From assembly GCA_944324475.1 (NCBI GenBank), contig CALUWK010000002.1:33387-97386 (forward strand): 64,000 bases of DNA. Direction: 5' to 3'. The stretch comes from Candidatus Gastranaerophilales bacterium. GTDB lineage: Bacteria > Cyanobacteriota > Vampirovibrionia > Gastranaerophilales > Gastranaerophilaceae. Numbering within the stretch: the first letter of the stretch is position 1; each line of letters starts with the position of its first letter. Positions 27,424 through 37,391 of the stretch are shown one piece after another. The notes under the pieces are model-generated. The model had not been told where the DNA came from. It searched no databases and saw only the letters and a list, made by a program, of their open reading frames with translations. The position numbers and the translations under genes were made by a program.

Positions 27424-27911
27424 TGACATTAAAATTATCAAACAATATAAAATTTATAGTAAGTGATTTTGACGGAGTATTTACAGACGGCTCACTATAC
27501 TTATCAGAAAATAACGACATCCAAAAAAAATTAAATTTCAAAGATATAATGGGAGTTTCTTTAATACTTAAAGCAGGGATTAATTTTGGTATAATATCAG
27601 GTGAAAAAAGCAATATTCTAAATTACTTTAAAGAAAAATTTTCAATAACTGAAATCCATGGCGGAATAAGACAAAAAGGCATAGTTTTAAAAGATATTAT
27701 GCAAAGATATAATCTAAACTCAAGCGATGTTTTATATATTGGCGATGATATAAATGATATACCTGCATTTGATTTAGTTGATTACAAAATAGCTCCTAAA
27801 AATTTAAACCCTATATTGCAATTTAAAGTGGAAAAATTGCAAATAACGGAAAATTATGGCGGAAATGGAGCAATAAGAGAAATTGCGGATACTTTGGTAA
27901 ATTTAAAATAA
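27423..27911 (+). CDS. HAD-IIIA KdsC-family sugar-acid phosphate phosphatase
   Basis: DFDGVFTDG (DxDxT-type nucleophile motif) and GDDINDIP. The size (162 aa) and tetramer-type cap-less architecture are typical of KDO-8-P / KDN-9-P phosphatases. Confidence 0.8.
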   Translation: MTLKLSNNIKFIVSDFDGVFTDGSLYLSENNDIQKKLNFKDIMGVSLILKAGINFGIISGEKSNILNYFKEKFSITEIHGGIRQKGIVLKDIMQRYNLNSSDVLYIGDDINDIPAFDLVDYKIAPKNLNPILQFKVEKLQITENYGGNGAIREIADTLVNLK

Positions 27912-27912
27912 A

Positions 27913-29631
27913 ATGTTTTTAATAAAATTATATAGGTATTTTCATAGTTTATTCTTGGCTGTTGAAAATTTTAACAGGCAAATTAATCAATATAAAATTA
28001 TTTCAAAGGAACCCGCCATACCTTCTTATGCCTATATTAACTGGGGCTTGCATTTAATTAATTCAGGAAACAAAGAAAAGGGCATTGAAAAACTCAAACA
28101 AAGCATTCTTATGAACAAATCAAATCCTGAGGTGTATTTAAATTTGGGAGTAGCGTATGCGCAAAATAATAATTATGACGAAGCTTTAAAAAATTTTAGA
28201 AAAGCAGTAAGACTTGATAAAAATAACGCACGTGCATGGGGCTATTTAGCCGGAATTTATGCGGAAATCAATGATAAAAATCTTGCAAAATCAGCTTTTG
28301 AAAAATCCTTAAAATTAGATAGAACAAATCCAATAACATATTATAATTATGGCATTTTTTCAATTAAAAATAATCAAAAAGAAATCGCAAAATCATTATT
28401 TAAAAAAGCATACATAATAGATCCCATGAATGTACAACCACTTTTAATGTGGGGGATAATTTTACTTCAAGAAGAAGAATATAAAAGCGCGTTTTCAAAA
28501 TTTTTAAAAATATTATCTCAAGAACCTTTTCATACAGAAGCCCTGTATTTATGCGGATTATCATCCTTAAAACTCAAAAATTACAACGATTGTGTGTCTT
28601 TTTGTAAAAAATGCATAAGTTTAAATCCAAAAAAAACAGAAAACTATCTTTTAATTGTTGAAAGTTATCTAAATTTAAATGAAAAAGAAAATTGCCTTGA
28701 AGCTTTCAAAAAATATGAACAATTTTGTTCGAACGATTGGAAATACTATAATTCTTGGGGCACAGCACTCCAATCTTATGAAATGTGGGATGAATCAATC
28801 GAAAAATTTAAAAAATCTATAGAAATTAAAGATGATGAATTCATTTCACACAACGCACTTTCATATTCCTATTTAAAAAACGGCAACTTTGAAGAAGCAA
28901 AAAATGAAATTGAAAAAACTCTGGCAATTAACCCCGAATTTGCAAGTCCTTATTATAATTTAGGTAAAATATACTTAAAAGAACAATTATATAAAAATGC
29001 TATAGACTCTTTTAAAAAAGCCATATCCTTAGATGCATCTTTAAAACAAGTATATTTTGATATAGCAGCAGCATATTATTCCCTAAAAGATCCGAAAAAT
29101 GCAGCTAAATACTGGTTAAAATCGGCAGAATACGATAAAAGCAATGCTAATATATATGTAAATCTTGCTTTATGCTACTTAAACGAGTTTAATGATGAAT
29201 TAAAAGCTCAACGATATATCAGAACCGCCTATGAATTAGACAGAAAAAATCCAGAAATTGTTTTGAAATATGGATTAATTTTATTGAAAACCAATGATAT
29301 ATACAGGGCAAAAGATAAATTTGAAGAAGCATATAGTATTAATCCAAATTTAACTACAGTTATTTTGGCACTGGCAGAATGCGAACTAAGATTAAATAAC
29401 CCCGAAAAGGCATTCGAACTAATTGAAAAATGTGAAAATGAAATCACATCAAAAAAAGACTTTATGCTAATTAAAATGTATGCTATGATTGAAATTTCTA
29501 AAAAACAGCCTGACAATATTGAAATAAAAAACAAAATTTATCAAATTTGTGATAAAATAATTGAAGTCTTTGGAAATGATGAAACTATAGAAAAAATTAA
29601 AAAACAATACTCTTCAACTAATGAGGTATAA
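27913..29631 (+). CDS. large TPR repeat protein (572 aa)
   Basis: About 14 TPR units (e.g. ALKNFRKAVRLDKNNARAW, AFEKSLKLDRTNP). Confidence 0.85.
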   Translation: MFLIKLYRYFHSLFLAVENFNRQINQYKIISKEPAIPSYAYINWGLHLINSGNKEKGIEKLKQSILMNKSNPEVYLNLGVAYAQNNNYDEALKNFRKAVRLDKNNARAWGYLAGIYAEINDKNLAKSAFEKSLKLDRTNPITYYNYGIFSIKNNQKEIAKSLFKKAYIIDPMNVQPLLMWGIILLQEEEYKSAFSKFLKILSQEPFHTEALYLCGLSSLKLKNYNDCVSFCKKCISLNPKKTENYLLIVESYLNLNEKENCLEAFKKYEQFCSNDWKYYNSWGTALQSYEMWDESIEKFKKSIEIKDDEFISHNALSYSYLKNGNFEEAKNEIEKTLAINPEFASPYYNLGKIYLKEQLYKNAIDSFKKAISLDASLKQVYFDIAAAYYSLKDPKNAAKYWLKSAEYDKSNANIYVNLALCYLNEFNDELKAQRYIRTAYELDRKNPEIVLKYGLILLKTNDIYRAKDKFEEAYSINPNLTTVILALAECELRLNNPEKAFELIEKCENEITSKKDFMLIKMYAMIEISKKQPDNIEIKNKIYQICDKIIEVFGNDETIEKIKKQYSSTNEV

Positions 29632-29632
29632 A

Positions 29633-30892
29633 ATGGGGCTAATAATTCAAAAATTTGGGGGAACATCAGTTGCAGACAGTGAAAAAATTAAAAACGTAGC
29701 AAATGCTGTGATAAGAGAAAAAAAACTCGGCAATGATGTTATTGTGGTAGTCTCCGCAATGGGTCACACTACAGATAATTTAATAAAATTATCAAAAGAA
29801 ATCACAATTAATCCAGACCCACGAGAAATGGATGTATTGCTTTCAACAGGAGAACTAATTTCAATGTCACTACTAGCAATGGCAATAAATGAAACAGGAT
29901 ATAAAGCAATTAGTTTAACAGGTTATCAAGCGGGAATAAAAACTGAAAATTGCCATGCCCATGCAAGAATTGTCGATATAGATACATCTCGCATTAAAAA
30001 ACATTTATCAGAAAATAAAATTATTGTAGTTGCAGGATTTCAAGGATTTTGCGACGACTGCGATATAACGACATTAGGCAGAGGCGGTTCAGACACAACA
30101 GCGGTTGCTTTAGCTTGCGCACTTAATGCAGACAGATGTGATATATATTCAGATGTTGAAGGAGTTTACACTGCAGATCCGAGAATTATAAAAACAGCAA
30201 AGAAATTAAAAGAAATTTCTTACGATGAAATGCTCGAACTTGCAAGAGTAGGAGCAAATGTGCTACATCCTCGTTCTGTTGAAGCTGCAAAATTAAATAA
30301 CATGAAAATGAGAGTAAGAAGCTCTTTTAAGCTCGATGATTTAGGAACTTTAATAATAGGAGTTGATGATATGGAATTAAATAAACCTGTAACAGGACTT
30401 GCTTGCGATTGTTCACAAATTAGAATTGTTATCTGCGACGTAGAAGACAAACCCGGAAATGCGGCAAAATTATTCAATTTACTGGCTGATAACGATTTAA
30501 GTGTTGATATGATAATCCAATCGTATGCAAGAAATTTTAAAAATACAAACGATATCGCATTTACAATTTCTAAAACAGACTTAATAAAATTTGATTCCAT
30601 AAAAAACAAGATAAATGAAATAGTGAATGCGAGTAATATTTTTATAGACGAAGATATAGTTAAAGTGTCTATAGTAGGCGCAGGAATGATAGACAGACCC
30701 GGTATTGCAGCCAAGATGTTTGATACGCTTGCAAAAGAAAATATAAATATAAAAATGATTTCTACAAGCGAAATAAAAATTAGTTGCCTTGTTGAAAAAA
30801 AATATTCTAAACCGGCAGCAGAAGCCCTATGTTCGGTATTTAATTTAGATGGAGCAACTGTTGCAGATGTAAAAGGCGATTTACCTTCATAA
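29633..30892 (+). CDS. lysC: aspartate kinase
   Basis: IQKFGGTSV, VVVSAMGHTTD, GRGGSDTTA, and two C-terminal ACT domains. I prefer the ATG at 29633, preceded by GAGG, over the ORF-track start at 29621. Confidence 0.95.
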   Translation: MGLIIQKFGGTSVADSEKIKNVANAVIREKKLGNDVIVVVSAMGHTTDNLIKLSKEITINPDPREMDVLLSTGELISMSLLAMAINETGYKAISLTGYQAGIKTENCHAHARIVDIDTSRIKKHLSENKIIVVAGFQGFCDDCDITTLGRGGSDTTAVALACALNADRCDIYSDVEGVYTADPRIIKTAKKLKEISYDEMLELARVGANVLHPRSVEAAKLNNMKMRVRSSFKLDDLGTLIIGVDDMELNKPVTGLACDCSQIRIVICDVEDKPGNAAKLFNLLADNDLSVDMIIQSYARNFKNTNDIAFTISKTDLIKFDSIKNKINEIVNASNIFIDEDIVKVSIVGAGMIDRPGIAAKMFDTLAKENINIKMISTSEIKISCLVEKKYSKPAAEALCSVFNLDGATVADVKGDLPS

Positions 30893-30895
30893 TTT

Positions 30896-32224
30896 ATGAA
30901 AAATATTGTTGAAGATTTTTTAAAGAAATATAAGATTAAAGACGAAAATATAATTGTCGGTTTTTCGGCAGGTCCTGACAGTACTGCTTTAGCTTTAGTT
31001 TTATCTGAATTAAAAAATGAATATAATTTAAATTTAATTCTTGCATACTTTAACCACAACTGGCGAATAAATGAAGTTGAAAAAGAAATTGAATTTACTA
31101 AAAACTTTGCAAGTAAAATTAAATCATCATATTTTATTGACGAAGCACCGGCAAATTGTAAAAAAACAGAAGAAATTGCCAGAAATCTGAGATATGATTT
31201 TTTTAATAGCTGTGCAAAAAAATTTAATTCAAAAACAGTAATGTTGGCACATAATAAAAATGACAATATCGAAACTTTAATATATAGAATTATAAAAGGA
31301 ACGTCACTCAAAGGTTTATGTGCAATTCCTGAAAACAGAGATATTTATTTTCGACCGTTGTTAAACGTTACAAAAGACAAAATTATTGATTTTTTAAATA
31401 AAAATAATCAAAATTATTTAATTGATTCTTCAAATCTTGACATCAAATATAAAAGAAATTTAATCAGAAAAAAAATACTGCCTTTATTTAACGAAATTAA
31501 CCCAAATTACATTAATTCAATAAATAATCTTATTAAAAATTCTTTAGCTACAAAAAAAATTGTTGATAATTTAGTTAATATCGAAAAACAAAAGATTATT
31601 AAAAACAATAAAATCACAAGAAATAAATACCTTGCCATTAACCCAGAATTAAGATATGAAATTTTAAATGATTTTTTATACGAATATTTAAAAAACAGGG
31701 ATTACAAAACAATTTTAAAACTAGATAGCTTTATTATAAATAACGAAAAATCAAAATGTTCAATTAGTTCAGACAATTTTTTAACTATAAGTAATAATGA
31801 AATTTATATATATACAAAAAAAACAAAAAATAATGGCGAAGTTGTTATAAAAGATTTTGGCGAATATAATTTTTTGGATATTATCTTTAAAATTGAAGAA
31901 TACAATATGCATATAAATAAATTTCCTAAATCAAACGAAAATTTTTGTTTTATTTCTCCTGAAGAAGAAAATATTTTTCCCCTAACATTAAGAAACCGTA
32001 AAAATGGGGACATTTTTTCACCATTTGGTTTAAAAGAAGGTAAAATGAAACTAAAAGACTATTTTATAAATGAAAAAATACCTCAAAACAAAAAAGATGA
32101 GTACATTCTATTATGCAAAGAAAAAGAAGTTTTGTGGATTTTAGGACAAAAAATCAGTGAAAAATATAAAGTAAAATCAAATAAATGTTACAAATTATCT
32201 TATTTTAAAAAGGATAAATTATGA
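30896..32224 (+). CDS. tilS: tRNA(Ile)-lysidine synthetase
   Basis: PP-loop VGFSAGPDSTAL, LAHNKNDNIETL, and the C-terminal TilS substrate-binding region. Conserved tilS-hpt order. Confidence 0.9.
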   Translation: MKNIVEDFLKKYKIKDENIIVGFSAGPDSTALALVLSELKNEYNLNLILAYFNHNWRINEVEKEIEFTKNFASKIKSSYFIDEAPANCKKTEEIARNLRYDFFNSCAKKFNSKTVMLAHNKNDNIETLIYRIIKGTSLKGLCAIPENRDIYFRPLLNVTKDKIIDFLNKNNQNYLIDSSNLDIKYKRNLIRKKILPLFNEINPNYINSINNLIKNSLATKKIVDNLVNIEKQKIIKNNKITRNKYLAINPELRYEILNDFLYEYLKNRDYKTILKLDSFIINNEKSKCSISSDNFLTISNNEIYIYTKKTKNNGEVVIKDFGEYNFLDIIFKIEEYNMHINKFPKSNENFCFISPEEENIFPLTLRNRKNGDIFSPFGLKEGKMKLKDYFINEKIPQNKKDEYILLCKEKEVLWILGQKISEKYKVKSNKCYKLSYFKKDKL

Positions 32225-32751
32225 AAAAAAATGAAAATTTAAAAATTTTAATAGATTCAAACACTTTAAATAAAAGAATTAAAGAACTTGCAAATGACAT
32301 TAATAATTATTACGGAACAAAAAACCCTCTTACAATTATTTGCATATTAAAAGGTGCAGTCATGTTTTATACTGAACTAGCAAAGCACCTTAAAATGCCA
32401 GTTAAAATGGAATTTGTGACACTATCAAGTTATGGAGATAGTGAAAAATCTTCAGGTAAAATTAAAGCCTTAAACCTTGCTATTTCAGACATGGAAAATC
32501 AAAATGCATTAATAATAGAAGATATAATTGATACAGGACTAACACTTGATTTTCTTTTAAAATTTATAAAAACAAACTACAAAGTTAAAGAAGTTAAACT
32601 CGCCGTTTTATTTGATAAAAAATGCGCAAGAAAATATGATATTCAACCTGATTTTTGCGCATTTAACATTGATGATAAATTTATAGTAGGTTTTGGATTA
32701 GACTATTGCGGATTTTATAGAAATTTAGATTATATTGGATATTTTGAATAA
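32221..32751 (+). CDS. hpt: hypoxanthine phosphoribosyltransferase
   Basis: PRPP-binding LIIEDIIDTGLTL. Typical Hpt length, and an ATGA overlap with tilS. Confidence 0.9.
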   Translation: MKKNENLKILIDSNTLNKRIKELANDINNYYGTKNPLTIICILKGAVMFYTELAKHLKMPVKMEFVTLSSYGDSEKSSGKIKALNLAISDMENQNALIIEDIIDTGLTLDFLLKFIKTNYKVKEVKLAVLFDKKCARKYDIQPDFCAFNIDDKFIVGFGLDYCGFYRNLDYIGYFE

Positions 32752-33285
32752 TTATAAAAAGAAAATTGAACATATCCAAATAGCAGCAATTATGCCTACA
32801 ATATCTGCTAAAATCCCAGCTAACAGAGCATGCCTAAACTTTTTAATACCAACAGCGCCAAAATAAACAGATGCAACATAAAAAGTTGTTTCAGAACTTC
32901 CAGTTATGACCGCAGCCAATTTTGTAGCGTAAGAATTAACACCAGTAGCACTAATTATATCAGACAACACCCCTAAGCTAGCAGAACCAGAAAGTGAACG
33001 AGTAACCATTAAAATTGTAGTTTCTGCAGGAATTTTAAAATAATTAAGTACTGGTTTTAAAATACCAGATAAAATATCTATTGCACCACTCGCTCTAAAC
33101 ATTGCAGCACACACAATAATAGCAACCAAATAAGGAATTATCCTAACTGCTATATTAAATCCATCCTTTGCACCTTCAACAAAACATTCATAGGCAGGGG
33201 TTTTTTTATACAAAGCGAAACACAAAATTACCACTATTATAAAAGGTAAAATAAATATAGAAAGAGTATTTAAAAATTTTATCAT
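32752..33285 (-). CDS. spmB: nucleoside-recognition-domain membrane protein, SpmB-like
   Basis: SpmB-like sequence (GAIDILSGILKP...; SSETTFYV). 4-nt overlap with the upstream SpmA-like gene. Confidence 0.75.
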   Translation of the reverse strand: MIKFLNTLSIFILPFIIVVILCFALYKKTPAYECFVEGAKDGFNIAVRIIPYLVAIIVCAAMFRASGAIDILSGILKPVLNYFKIPAETTILMVTRSLSGSASLGVLSDIISATGVNSYATKLAAVITGSSETTFYVASVYFGAVGIKKFRHALLAGILADIVGIIAAIWICSIFFL

Positions 33286-33857
33286 TTATAAAACCTTTCT
33301 AAAGCTTTTACAAAAAATAAAGCAGAAACAAAAGCTATTGTTGTAACAATTAAAGTAGGAATTATAATTTGCGAAGGATTATCCATTTTAGCAGCGCTTA
33401 AAATTGCAATAACCACCGCAGGAACTATTTGAAAACCAGCAGTATTTATTGCAAGAAAAGTACACATAGAATTTGTTGCCTTCTGTTTATTTTGATTTTC
33501 TTTTTGCATATCTTCCATTGCCTTTATTCCAAACGGAGTAGCAGCATTAGCCAATCCCATAGCATTTGCGGTTATGTTAAGAGCGATATTAGACAATGCA
33601 TCATTATTTTTCTTTAAATCAGGAAAAATTAAAAGTAAAGGTTTTTTAATCAATTTTGAAAAAATATCAACAAGTCCGGATTTTTTCGCAATATTTACTA
33701 TTCCGAGCCAAAATGCCATAATTCCTATTAATCCAAAAGCAATCTCCACTGCCCTTTGAGAAGATCTTAACATCTCATTAACTACAATATCCATTCTATT
33801 GTTTAAAATTGCACAAATAAAAGAAATTAAAATTAAAAAAATAAAAATATAATTCAA
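33282..33857 (-). CDS. spmA: nucleoside-recognition-domain membrane protein, SpmA-like
   Basis: SpmA-like N-terminus and GLANAATPFGIKAM motif. Confidence 0.75.
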   Translation of the reverse strand: MNYIFIFLILISFICAILNNRMDIVVNEMLRSSQRAVEIAFGLIGIMAFWLGIVNIAKKSGLVDIFSKLIKKPLLLIFPDLKKNNDALSNIALNITANAMGLANAATPFGIKAMEDMQKENQNKQKATNSMCTFLAINTAGFQIVPAVVIAILSAAKMDNPSQIIIPTLIVTTIAFVSALFFVKALERFYK

Positions 33858-33866
33858 AATGCTACC

Positions 33867-35492
33867 TTACTTTATATTTTGAAATTTTGAAGAAAAATAT
33901 TCCTCGCCTTTTTTTGTAATACTGTATTTATTGGAGCCCTCGCCGCTAAATAAATCAATATAACCATTTTTCATACATTCATCAATAATTGACATATCGG
34001 CAATTTTACCGGTTGCAGGAAAAATTTTAGAATTTATAAATTTCATTGAAAAATTATCTTCATGTAGCATATTTTTAATATAATATGCGCAAATAAGAAA
34101 TTCATCTTTCAATTCATTCACATTAAAACCGGAAAGAAATAAATGAAAATCAATAACAGGCCCTTCAATTTTTGCCCCACTTTGCACTTCATCTTCTTTT
34201 TGTTCAGCTACTTCCAATTTTTCAGTCAATTCCTTTGAAACAATTTCATTCTTATCAGAAAAGTTAATATTATTGTCATTTAAGGAAATTTCTTCACTAT
34301 CAAAAAAACCGTCGCCTTCAACCAATTCGCTTTTAGTCGACAAATGAGAATCATCGGCAATTTTTTTAGTGTCGTCAAACGCTTGTATATCTGAAATTAC
34401 TTCAATATCCTCATTTTCATTTGTTAAAACATTTTCCTCTAATGCTTCATTTAAAGCTGTTATTGTAATTTCACTCTTTTTTGAATTTTCAATATTTAAA
34501 TTATTCTCATAAGAAGAAAAAATATTATCTACCATTGATTGATTATTTTGATAATAATTTATTTTATCATTGGAATTTTTAATTTTAATTTCTTCAATTT
34601 TTAAATCTTTTTTAGTTTCATATTGAATACCGTTACTATCATCACCAAAAATCTCTAATTCTTTATTTGATTCTTTTCGATTATCGTCCTCATTAAACAA
34701 ATTGACAGAATCCATCTCACTTTCAATAAGTTTTAAAATATCATCAATATTGCCTAAATGATTAGCAGTATCATTTTGCTCTTTCACATTTTTATTTTCA
34801 TTATTTGAAATTTTATTATCACTATTTAATATATCATCCCCACAACTATCTTTAATTGAACTTACTTCTTCAATGTTTCCAACAAGATTTTTATCCAAAA
34901 TCTCAGATTTAATTTCAGCCTCATCTACAGATTCATTTTCCACTTGTTCGGGATGTGTTAATTCATCTAAACTCGCTTGGTAGACAACTTCTGTTTTATT
35001 ATCATTAACAACATTGTCATAATTTTCCTCAATACTTTCAGATTTGTTATCAGAAACATTTGATTCTTCAATCTGCACGGCTTCAATGTCGTCATCTTGA
35101 GAAGAAATTGAACAATCTTCATCTGCAGATTGATTTTCTGTTTGTTGAGAAAGTGTTAATTCATCTAAACTCGCTTGGTAGACAACTTCTGTTTTATTAT
35201 CATTAAAAACAGAAATATTATCATTTAATGATAGATTAGCTTGACCTTCACCAACTTCTTCAAGATTCATTACGGAAGATTTTTCACCAATCTCAGCTTT
35301 TTTTTCAAATTCATCGATTGATTTTAAATTTTCACTTTTTATTTCAATTTTTTTTATCTTTGAAATAAAATCATCACTAACACCAAAAATGTACGCAAAA
35401 TACATATCCATCTCTCTTTGCGTAACTATTTTATCATTAGATTCAAGTATAAATTCGCTATTTTGCGATTTTATTTTGATGTTATAATACAT
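33867..35492 (-). CDS. highly acidic hypothetical protein with an internal 66-aa repeat and a globular C-terminal domain
   Basis: 541-aa ORF. NDNKTEVVYQASLDELT occurs twice, 66 residues apart. The middle is D/E/N/S-rich, and the C-terminal ~100 aa are non-repetitive (FLICAYYIKNML...KYSITKKGEEYF). Confidence 0.65.
   Translation of the reverse strand: MYYNIKIKSQNSEFILESNDKIVTQREMDMYFAYIFGVSDDFISKIKKIEIKSENLKSIDEFEKKAEIGEKSSVMNLEEVGEGQANLSLNDNISVFNDNKTEVVYQASLDELTLSQQTENQSADEDCSISSQDDDIEAVQIEESNVSDNKSESIEENYDNVVNDNKTEVVYQASLDELTHPEQVENESVDEAEIKSEILDKNLVGNIEEVSSIKDSCGDDILNSDNKISNNENKNVKEQNDTANHLGNIDDILKLIESEMDSVNLFNEDDNRKESNKELEIFGDDSNGIQYETKKDLKIEEIKIKNSNDKINYYQNNQSMVDNIFSSYENNLNIENSKKSEITITALNEALEENVLTNENEDIEVISDIQAFDDTKKIADDSHLSTKSELVEGDGFFDSEEISLNDNNINFSDKNEIVSKELTEKLEVAEQKEDEVQSGAKIEGPVIDFHLFLSGFNVNELKDEFLICAYYIKNMLHEDNFSMKFINSKIFPATGKIADMSIIDECMKNGYIDLFSGEGSNKYSITKKGEEYFSSKFQNIK
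34956..35009 (-). repeat. intragenic direct repeat copy (about 54 nt perfect)
   Basis: GTGTTAATTCATCTAAACTCGCTTGGTAGACAACTTCTGTTTTATTATCATTAA occurs twice with a 198-nt (66-codon) period. Coordinates are hand-indexed, +/-2 nt. Confidence 0.8.
35153..35206 (-). repeat. intragenic direct repeat copy (about 54 nt perfect)
   Basis: Second copy of the same 54-mer. Coordinates are hand-indexed, +/-2 nt. Confidence 0.8.
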
Positions 35493-35504
35493 TTTTTCCT
35501 AATT

Positions 35505-35633
35505 CTACTGAGCATGCTTCTTCAAAATTTCTTCACGCCATTTTTCAAGCTGTTGTTCAACAAACTCCGCATCATCAGAAGAAAACTCAACTTCTAATTC
35601 ACCTTTTTTCATTTTAAAAACATATTGGGGCAT
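35505..35633 (-). CDS. small ORF (42 aa) below the ORF-track threshold, immediately upstream of the acidic protein gene
   Basis: AAGGAG SD 8 nt before the ATG at 35633. It translates to MPQYVFKMKKGELEVEFSSDDAEFVEQQLEKWREEILKKHAQ, and its stop is 12 nt before the next start. Confidence 0.45.
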   Translation of the reverse strand: MPQYVFKMKKGELEVEFSSDDAEFVEQQLEKWREEILKKHAQ

Positions 35634-35867
35634 TAAATCAACTCCTTAGTAATACAATAACATTATAATAAAAAAATATACTAAATCTTCTATTTTTTAA
35701 GTATTGTAAAAAAAATATACACTTAACGCTAAAAAGCATGAAAAAATTGATTTTTCTAAAAAAATTGTTAAATTATTATTATAATAACCGATTTTTAATC
35801 CATTTGTATGACTAAAGGACGTATATTTTTTTCTATAATACTTTTGGGGAAAGCTTGAGGTTTTAAT

Positions 35868-37391
35868 TTGTATAATTCAATCTATCCAATTAATATAAAT
35901 TACAGAAAACACAATCAATTTAATTCAACCAATGCAGAATCGGAAAAAACTGCAAATATTGATATTTCCGATAAAAACAAAAAGCGAAATACTTTTCCTA
36001 ATGGTGCAAAAGTTGCAATAGACTACACCAAGGGGCAAATAAATATTTCTCAAGTTTTAATGGATTTTAGAAACACCATTCTTGCTATCAATGCTCCTGA
36101 TGACGTCAGACAAGAAGTCTCAATATATCTAGATCTTGTAGATAAAGAAGCACACAAAGAAAATCCTTCAAAAGAGATAATTATTGCAAATTTAAAAAAT
36201 GCATCAAAAATTTCTGATGCATTTATAGCAAAAAGCCTAAATAAACCTTCTAACGTGGTTGAAGGCTGGATAGATGCTTTATTTTTGCAAAAAATAAATT
36301 TAAAAGCCGACCCAAGTGAAATCAACCCTGATTTCATGCTTGAATTTCCACAAAAAGCAAAAGACAGAATTGAAAAAGAAATAACTCCATCTTTTGTTTT
36401 AACACCAAGTGCTAAAACTCAAGATATAAAACCAAATGAAAATACAGAAAACACACAAAATGCTCACATTAGCGAACAAAGTTTTGCTAATACACCTTCT
36501 TCAACACAAGATATTTTTGATAATTATCAAGAACAAGATTTTGAAAATTTAGAAATTGAAAACGAAATTGAATTAAATGAAAATATAAGTGAAAAAACCG
36601 AAAAGACAATTCCAAATAGCCCTTTTGCTCCTTTTAATGATGCAGATATAAAAGCTAGAGAATTATACATATCAGCAAAAAATATGCCACAAACAAATCA
36701 GGGAGATACAGATGCGCTAAATTTTTTAAATGAAGCTTTAGGAATATTATCAAACAGTGAAACTTCAAATGAAAACATCAAAGCAGCAATTCACTTTGAA
36801 AGAGGAAAAATTTTTGACGACTATGATTATGTTGATTTTGCTCTTAAAGACTATTGGCAAGCAACAAAAACAGATGAACTCAATTTGAAATCACAAGCTT
36901 TTTTTCGTTCAGGCTCAATTTATGACGAATTTGGTGAATTTTCCCCTGCATTAAACAACTATTTATCTGCAGTTGCCTACAGTGGAGAAGCCGAAAATCC
37001 CAATATTCAAACAAAAGCATTAACGAGTATTGCCGGACTTTATGCTAAACAATTCGATTCTGAAAATACTGATGAATACACGGGACTTGCTTTTGACGTA
37101 GCACAAAACAGTAATGACGAAACTTTAATTGCAAACACCTATTCAAATGGAGCAGAAAATTACCAATACATTGGTGACAACGATAAAGCTTTAAATAGTT
37201 ATAAAAACGCATTAAAAATTTTTTCCGCCACTCAAGAAAGTTACGAACAAATTGCATATAACTATGAACAAGCTTCTTTGGTTATGGAAAAACTAGGCAA
37301 CAAAGCTAAGGCAAAGAAGCTTCAAGCAAAAGCAAATCTATATTATCAAAAAGCTCAACTTCAAGAGGGGCAACTGGAAGCAGCAAGTTAA
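35868..37391 (+). CDS. hypothetical protein with C-terminal TPR-like repeats
   Basis: 507-aa ORF (TTG start). The C-terminal third has TPR-like units (ALKDYWQATKTDELN, ALNNYLSAVAYSG, ALNSYKNALKIF). Confidence 0.6.
   Translation: MYNSIYPININYRKHNQFNSTNAESEKTANIDISDKNKKRNTFPNGAKVAIDYTKGQINISQVLMDFRNTILAINAPDDVRQEVSIYLDLVDKEAHKENPSKEIIIANLKNASKISDAFIAKSLNKPSNVVEGWIDALFLQKINLKADPSEINPDFMLEFPQKAKDRIEKEITPSFVLTPSAKTQDIKPNENTENTQNAHISEQSFANTPSSTQDIFDNYQEQDFENLEIENEIELNENISEKTEKTIPNSPFAPFNDADIKARELYISAKNMPQTNQGDTDALNFLNEALGILSNSETSNENIKAAIHFERGKIFDDYDYVDFALKDYWQATKTDELNLKSQAFFRSGSIYDEFGEFSPALNNYLSAVAYSGEAENPNIQTKALTSIAGLYAKQFDSENTDEYTGLAFDVAQNSNDETLIANTYSNGAENYQYIGDNDKALNSYKNALKIFSATQESYEQIAYNYEQASLVMEKLGNKAKAKKLQAKANLYYQKAQLQEGQLEAAS

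Noticed and set aside
30220-31311. 363-aa minus-strand ORF spanning the lysC/tilS junction
   Set aside because: It is antisense to two genes with unambiguous family motifs (aspartate kinase, TilS). Its translation is low-complexity (S/F/I/L-rich) with no motifs. This is a typical shadow ORF in AT-rich DNA.
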